Below are positions 8,167-18,900 of a DNA stretch of 64,000 nucleotides, piece by piece (the first letter of the stretch is position 1; every line of letters begins with the position of its first letter). Location of the stretch: assembly GCA_964252075.1 (NCBI GenBank), contig CAXULY010000019.1, forward strand, positions 1 through 64,000, read 5' to 3'. The DNA is from an uncultured Deinococcaceae bacterium. GTDB taxonomy: Bacteria > Deinococcota > Deinococci > Deinococcales > Deinococcaceae. A program made the position numbers and the translations under genes. The notes beneath the pieces are model-generated. The model saw only the letters and a program-made list of their open reading frames with translations, was not told the DNA's origin and made no database searches.

Positions 8167-8808
8167 GTGTGCGGCCGCGCCGAGCAGATTCCCGGGAGCA
8201 CCTGGGAGGTGTTGGGCCGGCACTTCGGGCGAGACCTGCTGCAGGTGTTAGGCAGGGGAGAGGAGCGGCCCGAGGTGCGCCCCACTGACCCACTCGGCTT
8301 CAGCCGCTCGAATCAGGACCGAGCGGAGGCCGCGCGTGGGCGTTGGGGCCTCGTGGGGCCCGGCATGGACCTGCAGCAGGCCAAGAAGTACGCGACCTTC
8401 AACGCGCGCGCGGAGACCGTTCAGACCAGCCGCACGTTCGCTGCGGCCTTCCGCAGCTAGCGCTGCCTGGTGCCACTGAGCGCCTTCTGGGAGTGGCCGC
8501 TCGACGCGCACGGCCGCAAGGTCCGCACCCGCATCACCCGCAAGGACGGCCTGCCGCTGGTGGTCGCCGGACTGTGGTCGTCTTGGCGGGACGACGAAGG
8601 CGAACACGACTCGGTGACCGTCGTGACGGTCGAGGCCGGTGAGGACCTCGCGCACGTGCACGACCGGCAGCCCCTGCTGCTGCTCAGCAAGGACTGGCAG
8701 CTGTGGCTGGGCCTGGAGCAGGGCCCCCTCCCCACGTCCGCGAAGGCGCTGATGTGGCGCCGCAGCTACCCAACCGGCATCCTGAAGGTGACGCCGGAGG
8801 CCTCCTGA
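8167..8808 (+). pseudogene. SRAP (SOS-response-associated peptidase, YedK/HMCES family) with internal stop
   Basis: N-terminal MCGR, RWGLV, TFNARAET, AFRS*RCLVPLSAFWEW, AGLWSSW, HDRQP; TAG at 8458-8460. Confidence 0.88.
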
Positions 8809-8809
8809 C

Positions 8810-9253
8810 GTGGGCCAGCGCAAGACTGAAGCGGAGCGGCGCCGGGAGTTCGAGCGGGACCTGCAGGCGCTGGAGGCGAACGCCCGCCGGACCGAGTACC
8901 AGGAGCTGCTGCTGCGCGCCCTCGCGACCGGCGCGGACCACGCGCACCTGGTGTGGCGTGCGCTGCGCCCGGAGCTGATCGCCGCGCGGCTGATCGCGCC
9001 GGTCGTGCACTTCCTGCCGAGCGGCCAGCGTGGACCGTACACGCCCGCGCCCGCTCCGGAGCACCCGCCGCGCCTGCGGCCGCCGCTCGGGCAGGAGCTG
9101 CACGACTTCGACCAGGCGCTCGCCATGTGCGAGGAGCTCGACCCGCGCCTGAACCGCCGCCAGCTGGAGGTGCTGGAGGACGTGGCGCGACGGGTGCAGA
9201 AGCTGTACATGCACATGAACGTGAGGAGCCGTGCGGCGTTGGAGGAAGATTGA
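8810..9253 (+). CDS. Hypothetical protein
   Basis: 147 aa, starts 2 nt after the SRAP stop; high GC3. Confidence 0.65.
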   Translation: MGQRKTEAERRREFERDLQALEANARRTEYQELLLRALATGADHAHLVWRALRPELIAARLIAPVVHFLPSGQRGPYTPAPAPEHPPRLRPPLGQELHDFDQALAMCEELDPRLNRRQLEVLEDVARRVQKLYMHMNVRSRAALEED

Positions 9254-9299
9254 GAGAAAGTCACAATCTTTTCTGAATAGCCCTATGTAGAATACTTCC

Positions 9300-9614
9300 A
9301 TGAAGGCCCCCCGCATGACCAAGCACGTCGTTGACGTCCTCGCCGTGCTTCTGGATGATCCCGAAGAACCCAAGTACGGCTTTGCAATCGCCAAAGCCAC
9401 CAACCTCCCCAGCGGCACGCTGTACCCGATTCTCGACCGCCTCGAAGAGAGCGGCCTCATTCGCGGGGACTGGGAAGACGTCAACCCCACCGAAGTCGGG
9501 CGACCCGCCCGGTACAACTACAAGCTCACCAATGATGGCCAGCGCATCGCGCGGCAGGAAACCCAGAAGACCGAGCCCAACCTCGTGAACGTGCGGGTGG
9601 TGCGCCTTGCTTAA
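9300..9614 (+). CDS. PadR-family transcriptional regulator
   Basis: YGFAIAK...SGTLYPILDRLEESGLI...GRPARYNYKLT; TAGAAT-acttcc-ATG. Confidence 0.9.
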   Translation: MKAPRMTKHVVDVLAVLLDDPEEPKYGFAIAKATNLPSGTLYPILDRLEESGLIRGDWEDVNPTEVGRPARYNYKLTNDGQRIARQETQKTEPNLVNVRVVRLA

Positions 9615-10242
9615 GTACGTCGTGGCCGGCGTCGTCTTCCTCCTTATGCAGTTCCTGTTGCCGATCGCCCGGTCCGAACTCACCGAGTTCACCGAACCGA
9701 TGGCGCGCAAACTGATCGAATTCGCCGCCCGCTTCCTGCCGGAGAATCGTCGTGAGAAGCGTCTCCGCGCCTGGCTGGCCGACCTGCCCGAACAACCAGG
9801 CAAGTGGTACAGGGTCATCTGGGCACTCGACCACGTCCGAGGGGCAATCAAGATCAGGTGGACGGACACGGCCGTGCTCCTCTCCGACCTGTGGGTAGGC
9901 GTCTGCTACTTCATCCTCTTGGAAGCTGGGCTGTCGGGTGCCATAGGCATGGTCGCTCAGTTCACCCACCGCCTCCCTGAGTTCCTCCCAATTCTGACCA
10001 TCCACTTCGCATTCATGTGTGTGGTCCTGCCCATCTTTGCCGTGCGCGCCTTCTTCCTCTTCAGGCAATACACGCCGATACCGTACTTCCTCCTGCCACT
10101 CGACATTTCCCTCGCTGCCATGACAATGCCGATCGCCCTCCACGGTGCCCAGTTGAAGGATTTTGACCTCACGAACATGTCGCTGGTGGCCATCGTCGTG
10201 GCGGGCGACTTCGTCATGATGGGGAGCGCAGGCGGTGCTTGA
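9607..10242 (+). CDS. Membrane protein with permease-prefix/HAAS-like segment, PadR partner
   Basis: AARFLPENRREKRLRAWLADL followed by several hydrophobic helices; overlaps the padR end. Confidence 0.65.
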   Translation: MLKYVVAGVVFLLMQFLLPIARSELTEFTEPMARKLIEFAARFLPENRREKRLRAWLADLPEQPGKWYRVIWALDHVRGAIKIRWTDTAVLLSDLWVGVCYFILLEAGLSGAIGMVAQFTHRLPEFLPILTIHFAFMCVVLPIFAVRAFFLFRQYTPIPYFLLPLDISLAAMTMPIALHGAQLKDFDLTNMSLVAIVVAGDFVMMGSAGGA

Positions 10243-10583
10243 AAGTGGTCAAGGGTCAGGAGTTGCGTTCTCCGTGGCTCACGGACCACCCGTCCGATCT
10301 GCCGAACGTCGAGCTGTGGGTGTTCCGCGATCGGCAGGGACTGCGCACTCTCACCGCAATCTTCGCGGCCCTGGATGGGAAACTGCTACGCGGTCCCAAC
10401 GACCGAGGACTGTACATGTTGGACAGATGGGAGGTTTCGCAATTCCTTGCCCAGAATGGCTTTGCACGGCGTCCACGGCGTGTACAGAAGGGGAGTTTCT
10501 CGCGCTGGATTGACGAGCGCACAGCCCTCGCGGAAGCACGCCCAGCAACATTGGAAGCTCCCAAGGCAAACCCAGAAGGGTGA
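10239..10583 (+). CDS. Hypothetical protein
   Basis: 114 aa; TTGA overlap with the upstream gene. Confidence 0.5.
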   Translation: MKVVKGQELRSPWLTDHPSDLPNVELWVFRDRQGLRTLTAIFAALDGKLLRGPNDRGLYMLDRWEVSQFLAQNGFARRPRRVQKGSFSRWIDERTALAEARPATLEAPKANPEG

Positions 10584-10593
10584 CCTGATTAAA

Positions 10594-10626
10594 AATGCGC
10601 CCCAGCCAATGAGGCTGGGGCGCATT
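10594..10626. terminator. Intrinsic terminator between convergent genes
   Basis: AATGCGCCCCAGCC-aatga-GGCTGGGGCGCATT with an A-run on the left (U-tract on the minus strand). Confidence 0.75.
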
Positions 10627-10635
10627 CGTGCCGTG

Positions 10636-11037
10636 TCAGAAGGTTTTCGCAAGCACCTCGCCGCCAGGCGAGCGGGCGTACAGGACCGTGCCGTGCACGT
10701 CCGTCCCACCGACCGGCTGCCCGAACCGGTGGGGCAGCGCGACCGCCGGCTCGCCGTACGTGCAGGTCACCTCGGCTGGTCCGGTGGTGGCGCAGCGTGC
10801 ATCGTTGTAGCGGAGGCCCGCGCCGGTGATCACGATGGCCCGCAGGTACAGCGCCGTGGCGCCAGGAGCCACAAGGACGCGCTGCGGGTCCGCCGCGAGG
10901 GTCACAGAGCCCGAATCCTGCGCGCCTCGCGCCCGCGCCGCCGCCAGCTCGGGCGAGGGTGAGGCCGGGCCGCTCGGGCCGAGCAGGGTGCAGGCGGACA
11001 GCAGCAGGGCGGTCAGGGGCAGCATCAGTTGACGCAT
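10636..11037 (-). CDS. Lipoprotein
   Basis: Signal peptide with lipobox LSAC; GGAGG RBS. Confidence 0.8.
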   Translation of the reverse strand: MRQLMLPLTALLLSACTLLGPSGPASPSPELAAARARGAQDSGSVTLAADPQRVLVAPGATALYLRAIVITGAGLRYNDARCATTGPAEVTCTYGEPAVALPHRFGQPVGGTDVHGTVLYARSPGGEVLAKTF

Positions 11038-11102
11038 GGGTCCTCCAGGGACGGTGAAGCGCCCCGCCCAGACCCGGGCGGGGCAGGCGAGCGGTCGAGG
11101 GC

Positions 11103-11462
11103 TTACTCCAGGCCGCCGGGCTGCTGCTCGGGCGCGCCACCGACCGGCGCGTCGCCCTGCGGCAGGTTGCGCCCCAGGTTGTTCAGGAGGCCACCGGCTG
11201 CGGCGAAGGCGGTGTCGATCGCGAGGTCGATCACGTGGTCCTCGATCTCGTCACACCAGGGCAGGTCCGCCCACTGGCCCAGCTTGTTGTCCTGCAGCTC
11301 CACGAAGGCCTTCAGCTCCTTGCGGGCCAGCTCGCGTTTCTCGTCGCTGAGCATCTTGCGACCGAACTGCAGCAGCTGCCTGGCGGCCGCCTGCTCGACG
11401 TCGCTGATCACGTTCAGGGCCTGGGTGTCGAGGATCTTCTGCAGCAGCGCTTTGATGTCCAT
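11103..11462 (-). CDS. Hypothetical protein (phage-like)
   Basis: GGAGGG RBS then MDIKALLQKIL...; 119 aa; high GC3. Confidence 0.75.
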   Translation of the reverse strand: MDIKALLQKILDTQALNVISDVEQAAARQLLQFGRKMLSDEKRELARKELKAFVELQDNKLGQWADLPWCDEIEDHVIDLAIDTAFAAAGGLLNNLGRNLPQGDAPVGGAPEQQPGGLE

Positions 11463-12112
11463 GGGTGCCCTCCGAATGAGCGCGCCCCGCGCGTGGGCAG
11501 CGGCGGGGCGGTGAGTGAGCGGATTGGAAGCGCCCGGTCGGGCACGGCTGACCTGGTTCAAATTGCGGAACAGAAGGCGGTGAAGAGAGAGAATGTGTTC
11601 ATGACTGAGCGCACCAATGCCGAACGCCTCTTGGAAGCGCAAGCGCTGGTGGACAAGCGCGTGTACAGCAATGTCTGCAGCGCCCTTCAGGCCATCGCCA
11701 TGCGCGAAGGGCGCTGAGTGGACCGCCTCAGTCCCGAAGGCGCCGAAACCATCACGCCCATGCCCCGAGCCGACCAGCGAAGCAAGGGGATCGTCAAGCT
11801 CTCCGAGCTCTGGAAAGACCTTTGATTCCGCTCGCGGTGTAAGCCTGCCGTGCGGGTTTACGGACCGAGGTTAGGTCCGAGCGCCGGGCACGTGATTCCA
11901 GTCCCAGACTCCAAAAAGAGACGATAGCCGACTGAAGGGCTTCTTGTTTCCGATCCGGCAGTTGAGGAGCCGCACCTGCACGTCGCCCGTCCACTTGATG
12001 GGGCCGCTCGACGTGTCGATGTCCAGGCCGCAGAATCACTGCTGGCCCTCGGCGATGAGTCGCTGGATCTCCGCGCTCCTGACCTTGGCCATGGGTGCTC
12101 AAGACCCAGGGG

Positions 12113-13252
12113 TCATGACGCCAGGGTGGGGAGGATGAGTTCATAGGTGGTGCTGCGGTGGGTGGTGCCTTCAACGACGCGCAGCAATTTTTTCTCCACC
12201 AGGTCGTTGAGGTCCCGCACGGCCGTCGGCTGCGAGCACTGGGTGAACGAAGCGTACTTGCGGGAGCGGAGCGTGCTGTTGAAGCCGTCGAGTAGCGCGT
12301 TCAGCATCTTCCACTGGCGCGAGTTGAGGTCCGCGCTGCTGTGCGCGTGCCAGTACGCCCGTTTCAGGCGCACCTGGGCGACCAGGTGTTCGGTGGAGTC
12401 CAAGGCGGCGTGCAGGCGCTCCAGGAACCAGATGATCCACCCGGTGACGTCCATGCCGCCCCGCTGCGTGCGCTCCAGGACATCGTAATACGCCTGGCGG
12501 TCCTGGCGAATGCGCGCGGACATGGAGTAGGAGCGTTGCCGCGTCGCGTCCGCACGTGCGAGCGCCAGGTCCGCGATGGCGCGGGCGATGCGGCCGTTGC
12601 CATCGTCGAAGGGGTGGATGGTGACGAACCACAGGTGGGCGACGGCCGCCTTGAGAACCGGGTCCAGGTCCGCTTCCTCAAACCAAGTGAGGAACCGCTC
12701 CATCTCGCTGGGCACGCGGTCCGCGGTGGGCGCCTCAAAATGTACGGTCTGCCGATCGGGCCGGTCTGGGGAGCCGCTGAGGACCCGCATGCGCCCCTGA
12801 TGATCGTCCCGCCATGCGCCCACCCGAATGCGATACAGTCCGCTGTAGCCGGTGGGAAACAAGGCGGCATGCCAGCCAAAGAGACGCTCGGCGGTCAGGG
12901 GCGCCTCGAAGCGCTGGGTGGCGTCGAGGATCATGTCGACGACGCCCTCCACATGACGGTCGGCACTGGGGAGCCCAGCGGCGTCCAGGCCGAGGCGCGT
13001 CTCGATGGAGGACCGCACCTGCTGCGCGTCGAGGCGCTCGCCTTCGATTTCACTGCTTTGCGTGACGTCCTGCACGAGGGTGGAGAGGACCGTTTCCTGC
13101 TGGGTGCCGAAGCCGAGGTCCCCCATGGCGGTGACGAGCGCGCCACGCCGGAAATGCGCGTTCGCGAGTGCTTTCCCGAAGGTCCCGTGATCCCAGCGGA
13201 AGTGTGGCCACTCCTGGGTGTCGTAGACGTACTGCGGAGGGACATCCGGCAT
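12113..13252 (-). CDS. Fic-family protein with DUF4172-type N-terminus and C-terminal HTH
   Basis: WPHFRWD, SSEIEGE, canonical HPFDDGNGRIAR, TAVRDLNDLV. Confidence 0.92.
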   Translation of the reverse strand: MPDVPPQYVYDTQEWPHFRWDHGTFGKALANAHFRRGALVTAMGDLGFGTQQETVLSTLVQDVTQSSEIEGERLDAQQVRSSIETRLGLDAAGLPSADRHVEGVVDMILDATQRFEAPLTAERLFGWHAALFPTGYSGLYRIRVGAWRDDHQGRMRVLSGSPDRPDRQTVHFEAPTADRVPSEMERFLTWFEEADLDPVLKAAVAHLWFVTIHPFDDGNGRIARAIADLALARADATRQRSYSMSARIRQDRQAYYDVLERTQRGGMDVTGWIIWFLERLHAALDSTEHLVAQVRLKRAYWHAHSSADLNSRQWKMLNALLDGFNSTLRSRKYASFTQCSQPTAVRDLNDLVEKKLLRVVEGTTHRSTTYELILPTLAS

Positions 13253-13591
13253 GATTCGCAAATACTGCAAATACAAATCACTTTTGATTCGAAAACGGCG
13301 AAAGATCGAATTACGCCTTACCACCAAGGCAGAAGGGGCCGTCCCCCCATGGGTCATAAAGTGCTCAAGGCCCAGGCTGAATGTCGGGCCACATCCGATG
13401 CCATATGCCCCGCACCCTGCGCAAGACCAACACCGTACGGCAAGCAAATCCGTGCCACCCCGCGCGATCTGCTGCGCCCACTGCCTACAACAAGCAGAGG
13501 TGCGGGCGGCCTTGACGTTCTGCTGCCGATCGGGCAGCCACAGCCTTCACACCATGATCGCGGATTGGGCTCTATGGCCCAGCTCTAAGGT

Positions 13592-13993
13592 GCGACCTTT
13601 CTGTGGGATTTACGTCGCGTACCCCTTAGACAGGGGAGACGTTTGTGTGGGATTCGCGACGTCAGCATCTGGCGGATAGCGACGTTTTGGTGGGAAGCGC
13701 CAGACGGATTAGCGACGGTTGTGTGGTGAATGCCCGCTGCTGACGCTCCACAACGCGAAAAACCATCTAGAGACGGTTGTGTGGGGTTGCCTGGCCAGGC
13801 GGCCTTCCAGGTGACGATGTTTCGGTGGGAAGCAGGAAAGAGGTAGCGACGGTTCTGTGGGATGGGCGAGACGGTTCTGTGGCAGCAGTGGAGACGGTTG
13901 TGTGGTGTTCCGCAACCCAAGTCGAGACGGTTCTGTGGTGCAGGTCCGCCAAAAGCGAGACGTTTCCGTGGGAAATACGAGACGGTTCTGTGG
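13592..13993 (+). repeat. Iteron array (12 copies of about 15 bp, G(A/C)GACG(G/T)TT(C/G)TGTGG), plasmid replication origin
   Basis: Copies at 13592, 13636, 13679, 13712, 13770, 13814, 13846, 13868, 13891, 13924, 13957, 13979; followed by an AT-rich stretch (about 14040-14085) and the rep gene. Confidence 0.88.
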
Positions 13994-14118
13994 TGTTCGT
14001 CTTGAAAACAGCGTGTGACACGCGATGACAGGTGCTCCTTGATGATGATCATTCATTTCTTTAGGTTCAATTCTTTCCTTCAAAGGCCACTCATCACATC
14101 AGGGCCGCGCTGCTCTTC

Positions 14119-15522
14119 GTGTACCCTGAGAACCACGAAGGGATTGCACCTGTGGCGGACCGGTTGAGCAAACAGTTGCCGACACTGAAAATCGAGTTGA
14201 ACTACCCCCGCCTGGGGATCTTCAGCATGCAACGCGCCCTTCCTGAAGAACTCACCCGGTGGAAATCGGTCTTCCAGGTGGGCGACCGCACGGTGGAGGT
14301 TGAAGCGGTCGCCGCCCTCGGGCGACCCCATGGCCTGGACAATGACGTCATCCTGGCCATCGGTAGTCTCTTCATTGAGGCCGGCTGCCCCGAAGACAAC
14401 GTCCTGAAGACCACCAGTTACAAACTGCGTCAGGCGTGCGGCTGGAAGAACAAAGGAGAATCGTACGTCAACCTGCGCAGCAGCCTGTTTCGCATCTACC
14501 ACACCGGCGCGCAGATCCGCGAGGGGTACTACGACCCGAAGCGCAAGAAGCGGTTTCTGGAGGGCGACACGTACCGGCTCATCGAACGCATGCGCTTCCG
14601 GGATGTGGAAACCAGTCAGGACGTGCAACTGGACGGTGAGGGGACCTTGCACATCCACCTCGGGGATCAGTTCGCTGAGAGCGTCCGCAGCGGGTACGCC
14701 GCGGTGCTGGATGAAGTGATCTACCGGGCGCTCCAGCAACCGAACGCGCGCGCACTGTACACCATGCTTGAAGCGCACCGGCGCAGTCCTGAACGCCCCG
14801 ACGAGCACGTGGTGCAGCTGAATGTCGCGCTGATGGAGTGGCGCATCGCGGTCGGCATCGAGAGTGACCGTGTGGACAGCATCCGGCGGACCCTCACCAG
14901 CGCCCACGAGGAGCTGATCGAAGCGGGGTACCTGCGCCGCGCGGAGTTCACGGGCCGCGGGAAGGCGCAGCGCATTGTGTACGAGTTCGGGCAGGCCGCG
15001 CGGGATCCCGACCCGGACCTGGTGGAGCGCCTGCACATCCGGGGGGTGGCGCGCGGCGTCGCCAAGAAGTACGCCCTGGATTACCCCAGGGAGTTCCTGC
15101 TGCAGCAGGTGGAGCGCTTCGACACCCTGATTCGCGGGGGGTACGCGGTGCGCAACAAGGGCGGCCTGATGGTGGATCTGCTGCGTCAACCGGCCAACTA
15201 CACTGAAGAGCCCCTGGCCGAGGGCAAGGTGCTCAGCGCGACACGCCCAACCGCGCCGCCCCCACCACCGCCCGACGGCGCGGAGGACCTCGCCACCCTC
15301 GAGCGGCAGTTCCACGCGCTGCCCCTGCTGGAGCAGGCCGAACGGACGGTGGCGCGCCTGACCTTGTACCTCAGCGCGAAACGCATGACGCCCGACCTTT
15401 CACGCCGGGTGGCGGCGGCGGTCATGACGGGCTCGGACGGTTTCGCCATGCAGCGCGACGTCACCAAAGCCCTGGCCACCCAGACGGATCCGGTGGAAGC
15501 CATCGAACGCCACCTGCCATAA
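14119..15522 (+). CDS. Plasmid replication initiator protein
   Basis: IELNYPRLGIFS, GRPHGLDNDVILAI, TTSYKL, ARALYTMLE resemble the replication initiator protein A type; adjacent to iterons. Confidence 0.82.
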   Translation: MYPENHEGIAPVADRLSKQLPTLKIELNYPRLGIFSMQRALPEELTRWKSVFQVGDRTVEVEAVAALGRPHGLDNDVILAIGSLFIEAGCPEDNVLKTTSYKLRQACGWKNKGESYVNLRSSLFRIYHTGAQIREGYYDPKRKKRFLEGDTYRLIERMRFRDVETSQDVQLDGEGTLHIHLGDQFAESVRSGYAAVLDEVIYRALQQPNARALYTMLEAHRRSPERPDEHVVQLNVALMEWRIAVGIESDRVDSIRRTLTSAHEELIEAGYLRRAEFTGRGKAQRIVYEFGQAARDPDPDLVERLHIRGVARGVAKKYALDYPREFLLQQVERFDTLIRGGYAVRNKGGLMVDLLRQPANYTEEPLAEGKVLSATRPTAPPPPPPDGAEDLATLERQFHALPLLEQAERTVARLTLYLSAKRMTPDLSRRVAAAVMTGSDGFAMQRDVTKALATQTDPVEAIERHLP

Positions 15523-15736
15523 CCACGGCCGTGCAACGTCACCCGTTCATGGCGCAATGATCCGGACCGCGCACGCATCTTGAGCACCCTACGGCTCCGC
15601 CATGGTGTGCCGTCGGTTCGATCCCACCGCCCTGACTTCACGAATGATCACGGAGGTGGACGCCAGCTGAGCTGCTTCGGCGCTTGGCCTGCAGAAGGCA
15701 ACCGTCACCCTCCTTCATCGGAGGGCCCAGACACGC

Positions 15737-16760
15737 ATGACCCCATCCAGCGCTCCATCCCGTCGCCTGATGTCCTGCAGTGCCGGCAGGGCCTTCACGG
15801 CCCTGCCGGGCGTGGAGTTTGACGCGCGGCACGGCACGCCGCTCGGCGGTCCATTCACCACCCAACGCACGGCGCAGCGGGACCTGCAGCGCGTCGCTGA
15901 CGCACGGTCTCCTTCCATTTGATGCAAAGACATACCTGAGCGATTTGCGCGTGCGTACGCCACATGACACCCTCGTCGGCCTCAGCGCCATGGGCTCGTG
16001 CAGCTGGTGGTCGCCACTGGGACGGACGCGGCCCGCAGCGTGATCGAGGCTGCTCGCCGCCTCGCCCAGCGCCCGGGACGCCCCACGCCATGGAGGCCGG
16101 CTTCCCTCGGTGCTGGAATGGCCCGAACGGCTGGATGTGGAGCGCGAGACCGTGTCGTGCACGGCGCAGCAGATCATCGCGTACAACCTCAACCGCGACC
16201 ACTGGGGCCCGCCCACCCTCACCTCCCCGGACGCCCTGCAGCGGGTGCTGAGTGCCCTCGGGCCCAACACCCCGAATGGCGTCACGGCCCTCGCGGCGCC
16301 GGAACGCGCGGCGCTCGAACACGCCGTGACGCGCGGCCTGGCGGTCCGCACGCCGCATGGGTCCCTCCTCAGCGAGGCGGGGCGGCGCGCGGCTCACCCG
16401 ACCAGACGCCGCCTGAACTTGACGGCACACCGGCGCACCCCCAAGGTGCGGTCATGTGCCTGCCTTTCCTGGCCCCCACCGACGATCGGCGGTCCACCAC
16501 CGAACGCCTCCTCGCGAAGGAGCGCGCCGACCACCACGCCCTGCAGGTCGCCCTCACCGTCGCCGTGCAGGGCGGTGAGCACCTGCACGCCGCCATTCAG
16601 GAAGCGCACGTGCGCGCTCCTCGCGCTGGAAGTCGGGCCGCTCGCGCGGCTCGTCATGACCTGGGAGGGCCACGAGGGCGCCCAACTCTTCCAGCGGCTC
16701 GTCGGCCCCCCACCGCAGGCCTCAGCTCAGCCGGCGCAAGTGGCGGCGCGTCCAAAGTGA
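15737..16760 (+). pseudogene. Fragmented hypothetical backbone gene(s)
   Basis: Protein-like segments that switch frame (ORFs at 15737, 15780, 15998, 16110). Confidence 0.35.
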
Positions 16761-16911
16761 GCCGCGCGCACACCGCCGCGGTGTTTCTGCTGCGCCTCGC
16801 GCAGGACGTGCCCCTCACACCGGGCGGCGTGACCGAGCAAGGCCAGCGGGATCAGGTGCTGGTCCTGCAGGACGCCACCCCGAATGGACAGGCGCCCACG
16901 CCGTCCACACG

Positions 16912-17385
16912 GTGAACGGCATGACCTTGACCCGCACAGCCCCGCGCGCGCCGTACCGTGAGGGCATGGCCCTGCCTGACCGCGCGCGCGCGCTCGAAAC
17001 CCTCGCCTTGCTCTGCGCGCCCCCCACCTGCACCGCCCGCCAGCGCCTGGACCTGCTGCACCTCGAACGCCAGGTGCGGGCCCTGGACGCAGGCGGCCAC
17101 CGGGACATCAAGGGGGCGCTGCAGGCGGCCCTCACGCTGCGCGGCGCGCACCCCACCGCGCGGCACCCGGCGTGGCGCGCGCTGTACCTCGACCTGATCC
17201 GCCACGCGCTCGAGCAGGGCGTGCCCGGCGCGGAGCTCGTCGCGCTCTACCACGCCGCTCAGGTGAACGCGGACCTGCACGGCCAGCCGCGCCACCACGG
17301 GGACCTGCTGGTGCGGCGCGATGGCGGCGCACTGGTGTTCGCGCCGGACCTCACGCCGCCGGTCCGCGCCGTCACCCTGAACTGA
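16912..17385 (+). CDS. Hypothetical protein
   Basis: 157-aa ORF, high GC3; true start possibly ATG near 16966. Confidence 0.6.
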   Translation: MNGMTLTRTAPRAPYREGMALPDRARALETLALLCAPPTCTARQRLDLLHLERQVRALDAGGHRDIKGALQAALTLRGAHPTARHPAWRALYLDLIRHALEQGVPGAELVALYHAAQVNADLHGQPRHHGDLLVRRDGGALVFAPDLTPPVRAVTLN

Positions 17386-17444
17386 AGGGAGACCAGCGGG
17401 GATGACGGTCACCCACCGCGCGCGCTGGGGTGACGCGGGCGGGC

Positions 17445-18900
17445 ATGAAGACCCTCCTGCCGCCCGGCGCCGCCAAGGACCTGTGCCCGCTCTTCCTCAG
17501 CAATACGCACTTCGCGCCCGCGCGTCTGCCCGCCACGGTGGCCCTCCCGAAGGACGTCGAGGTGGTCCTGAACGGGTCGCTGCTCGGCACGCCCCGCGCG
17601 TCCGGCCTCGGCACCCAGCCGGGCGAGGCGCCCGCCCCCCTCACCTTCCCGCTGGGCGTGGAGGCGCTCCCAGGCATCACGTCGGAGGCGCGCGTCACGG
17701 CGAACACCGCCGCACTCGATGAACGGACCGCCGCGCAGCCCGACCTGCAGGTGCTCCCGCGCGACAGCGGCCGTGGGGGCCTCGGGGCGCTCGCTTCGAG
17801 CGTGAATGGGTTCTACACGCCCCGCGAGGTCGCCCTGGCCATGTGGGCCGCCGCCGGGCGCGTCAAGGACGGGGCGCGCCCGCTGGACCCCAGCTGCGGC
17901 GTCGGGTCCCTGCTGATCCTCGCACCCCAAGGCGCGCCGTGGGCGTCGAACTGGAACGCGCGAGCGCTGACGTCGCCCGCCACCTGCTGCCCCAGGCGGC
18001 CATCGTGAACGCGCCGTTCGAGGCGTACCACCGCGCCAGCACCGCCGAGGCCTTCGACCTCGTCATGATGAACCCGCCGTTCGGGCCGCGCGAGGCCCGG
18101 CATGTGCACCGCAAGGACATCGCCACGAACGAACGCGACTTCCTGCGGGCCGGTCTGGAGCGCGTGCGGCACCAGACCGGCGTGCTGGTGTGCCTCGTGA
18201 ACGCCAACCTGCTGCACGGCGAATCACACCGCCGCCTGCGCCTCGTCCTCGCGCTGCGCGCGTCTCGTGCACGCCGTGCTGGTGCCCGAAGGGGCTTTCC
18301 GCGCGGCGGGCGCGGGGGTCACCACCATCCTGACCTTCCGGCGCCACGACGTGGGCGTGGCCGAAGCGCTCGACACGCTGGACGAGGACCAGACCCTCAA
18401 GGTCCTCGCGGAGTACGACCAGGGCTGGGACCAGGGCGGCTTCGTGGAGGGGCAGCGCCTCGTCACCACCACACGCAAAGGCGACGACGTGCAGTACGAA
18501 CTGCGAGGCGCTTCCAGCACCGCTGCGCGCCTCGGGGTGGGCAAGGCGCTGGGCGTGGGCCGCTTCGGGCAGACGACCTACCCCGGCGACGTCGACGAAC
18601 GCCCGGAGGTGCTCAGCGCCATTCACGACGCGGCGGTGGACGGCCTGAAGGGCGCGGGCGTGACCCTGCCGAACGTGCTGGAGCAGATCCGCGTGCACTT
18701 CGGGGATGCCGCCTGGCAGCGCGCCGTCCGGACGGCGCGTGGATCATGACGACCTCCGGCTGGACGCCCACCGACGACCTCGCGCAGCCGGTGATCGCAG
18801 ACGCACTGCGCGTCGCGACGAGCCTGTCCCGCACCCTCACCGTCACGGAAGCGCTGGAGCGGCACGCGGCGCAGCGCGTGGGCGCGTGGGGGAGGCGTCG
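17445..18900 (+). pseudogene. Fragmented N6-adenine DNA methyltransferase, probably the N-terminus of a large methylase-helicase
   Basis: FYTP, LDPSCGVG, GVELE, FDLVMMNPPFG, LVPEGAF...GAGVTT spread over three frames (shifts near 17930 and 18260); decays after about 18750. End coordinate approximate. Confidence 0.8.

Noticed and set aside
13592..13993. Possible CRISPR array
   Set aside because: Repeats are only about 15 bp and degenerate, spacers vary from 7 to 43 nt, no cas genes are present, and the array sits directly before rep; iterons fit better.
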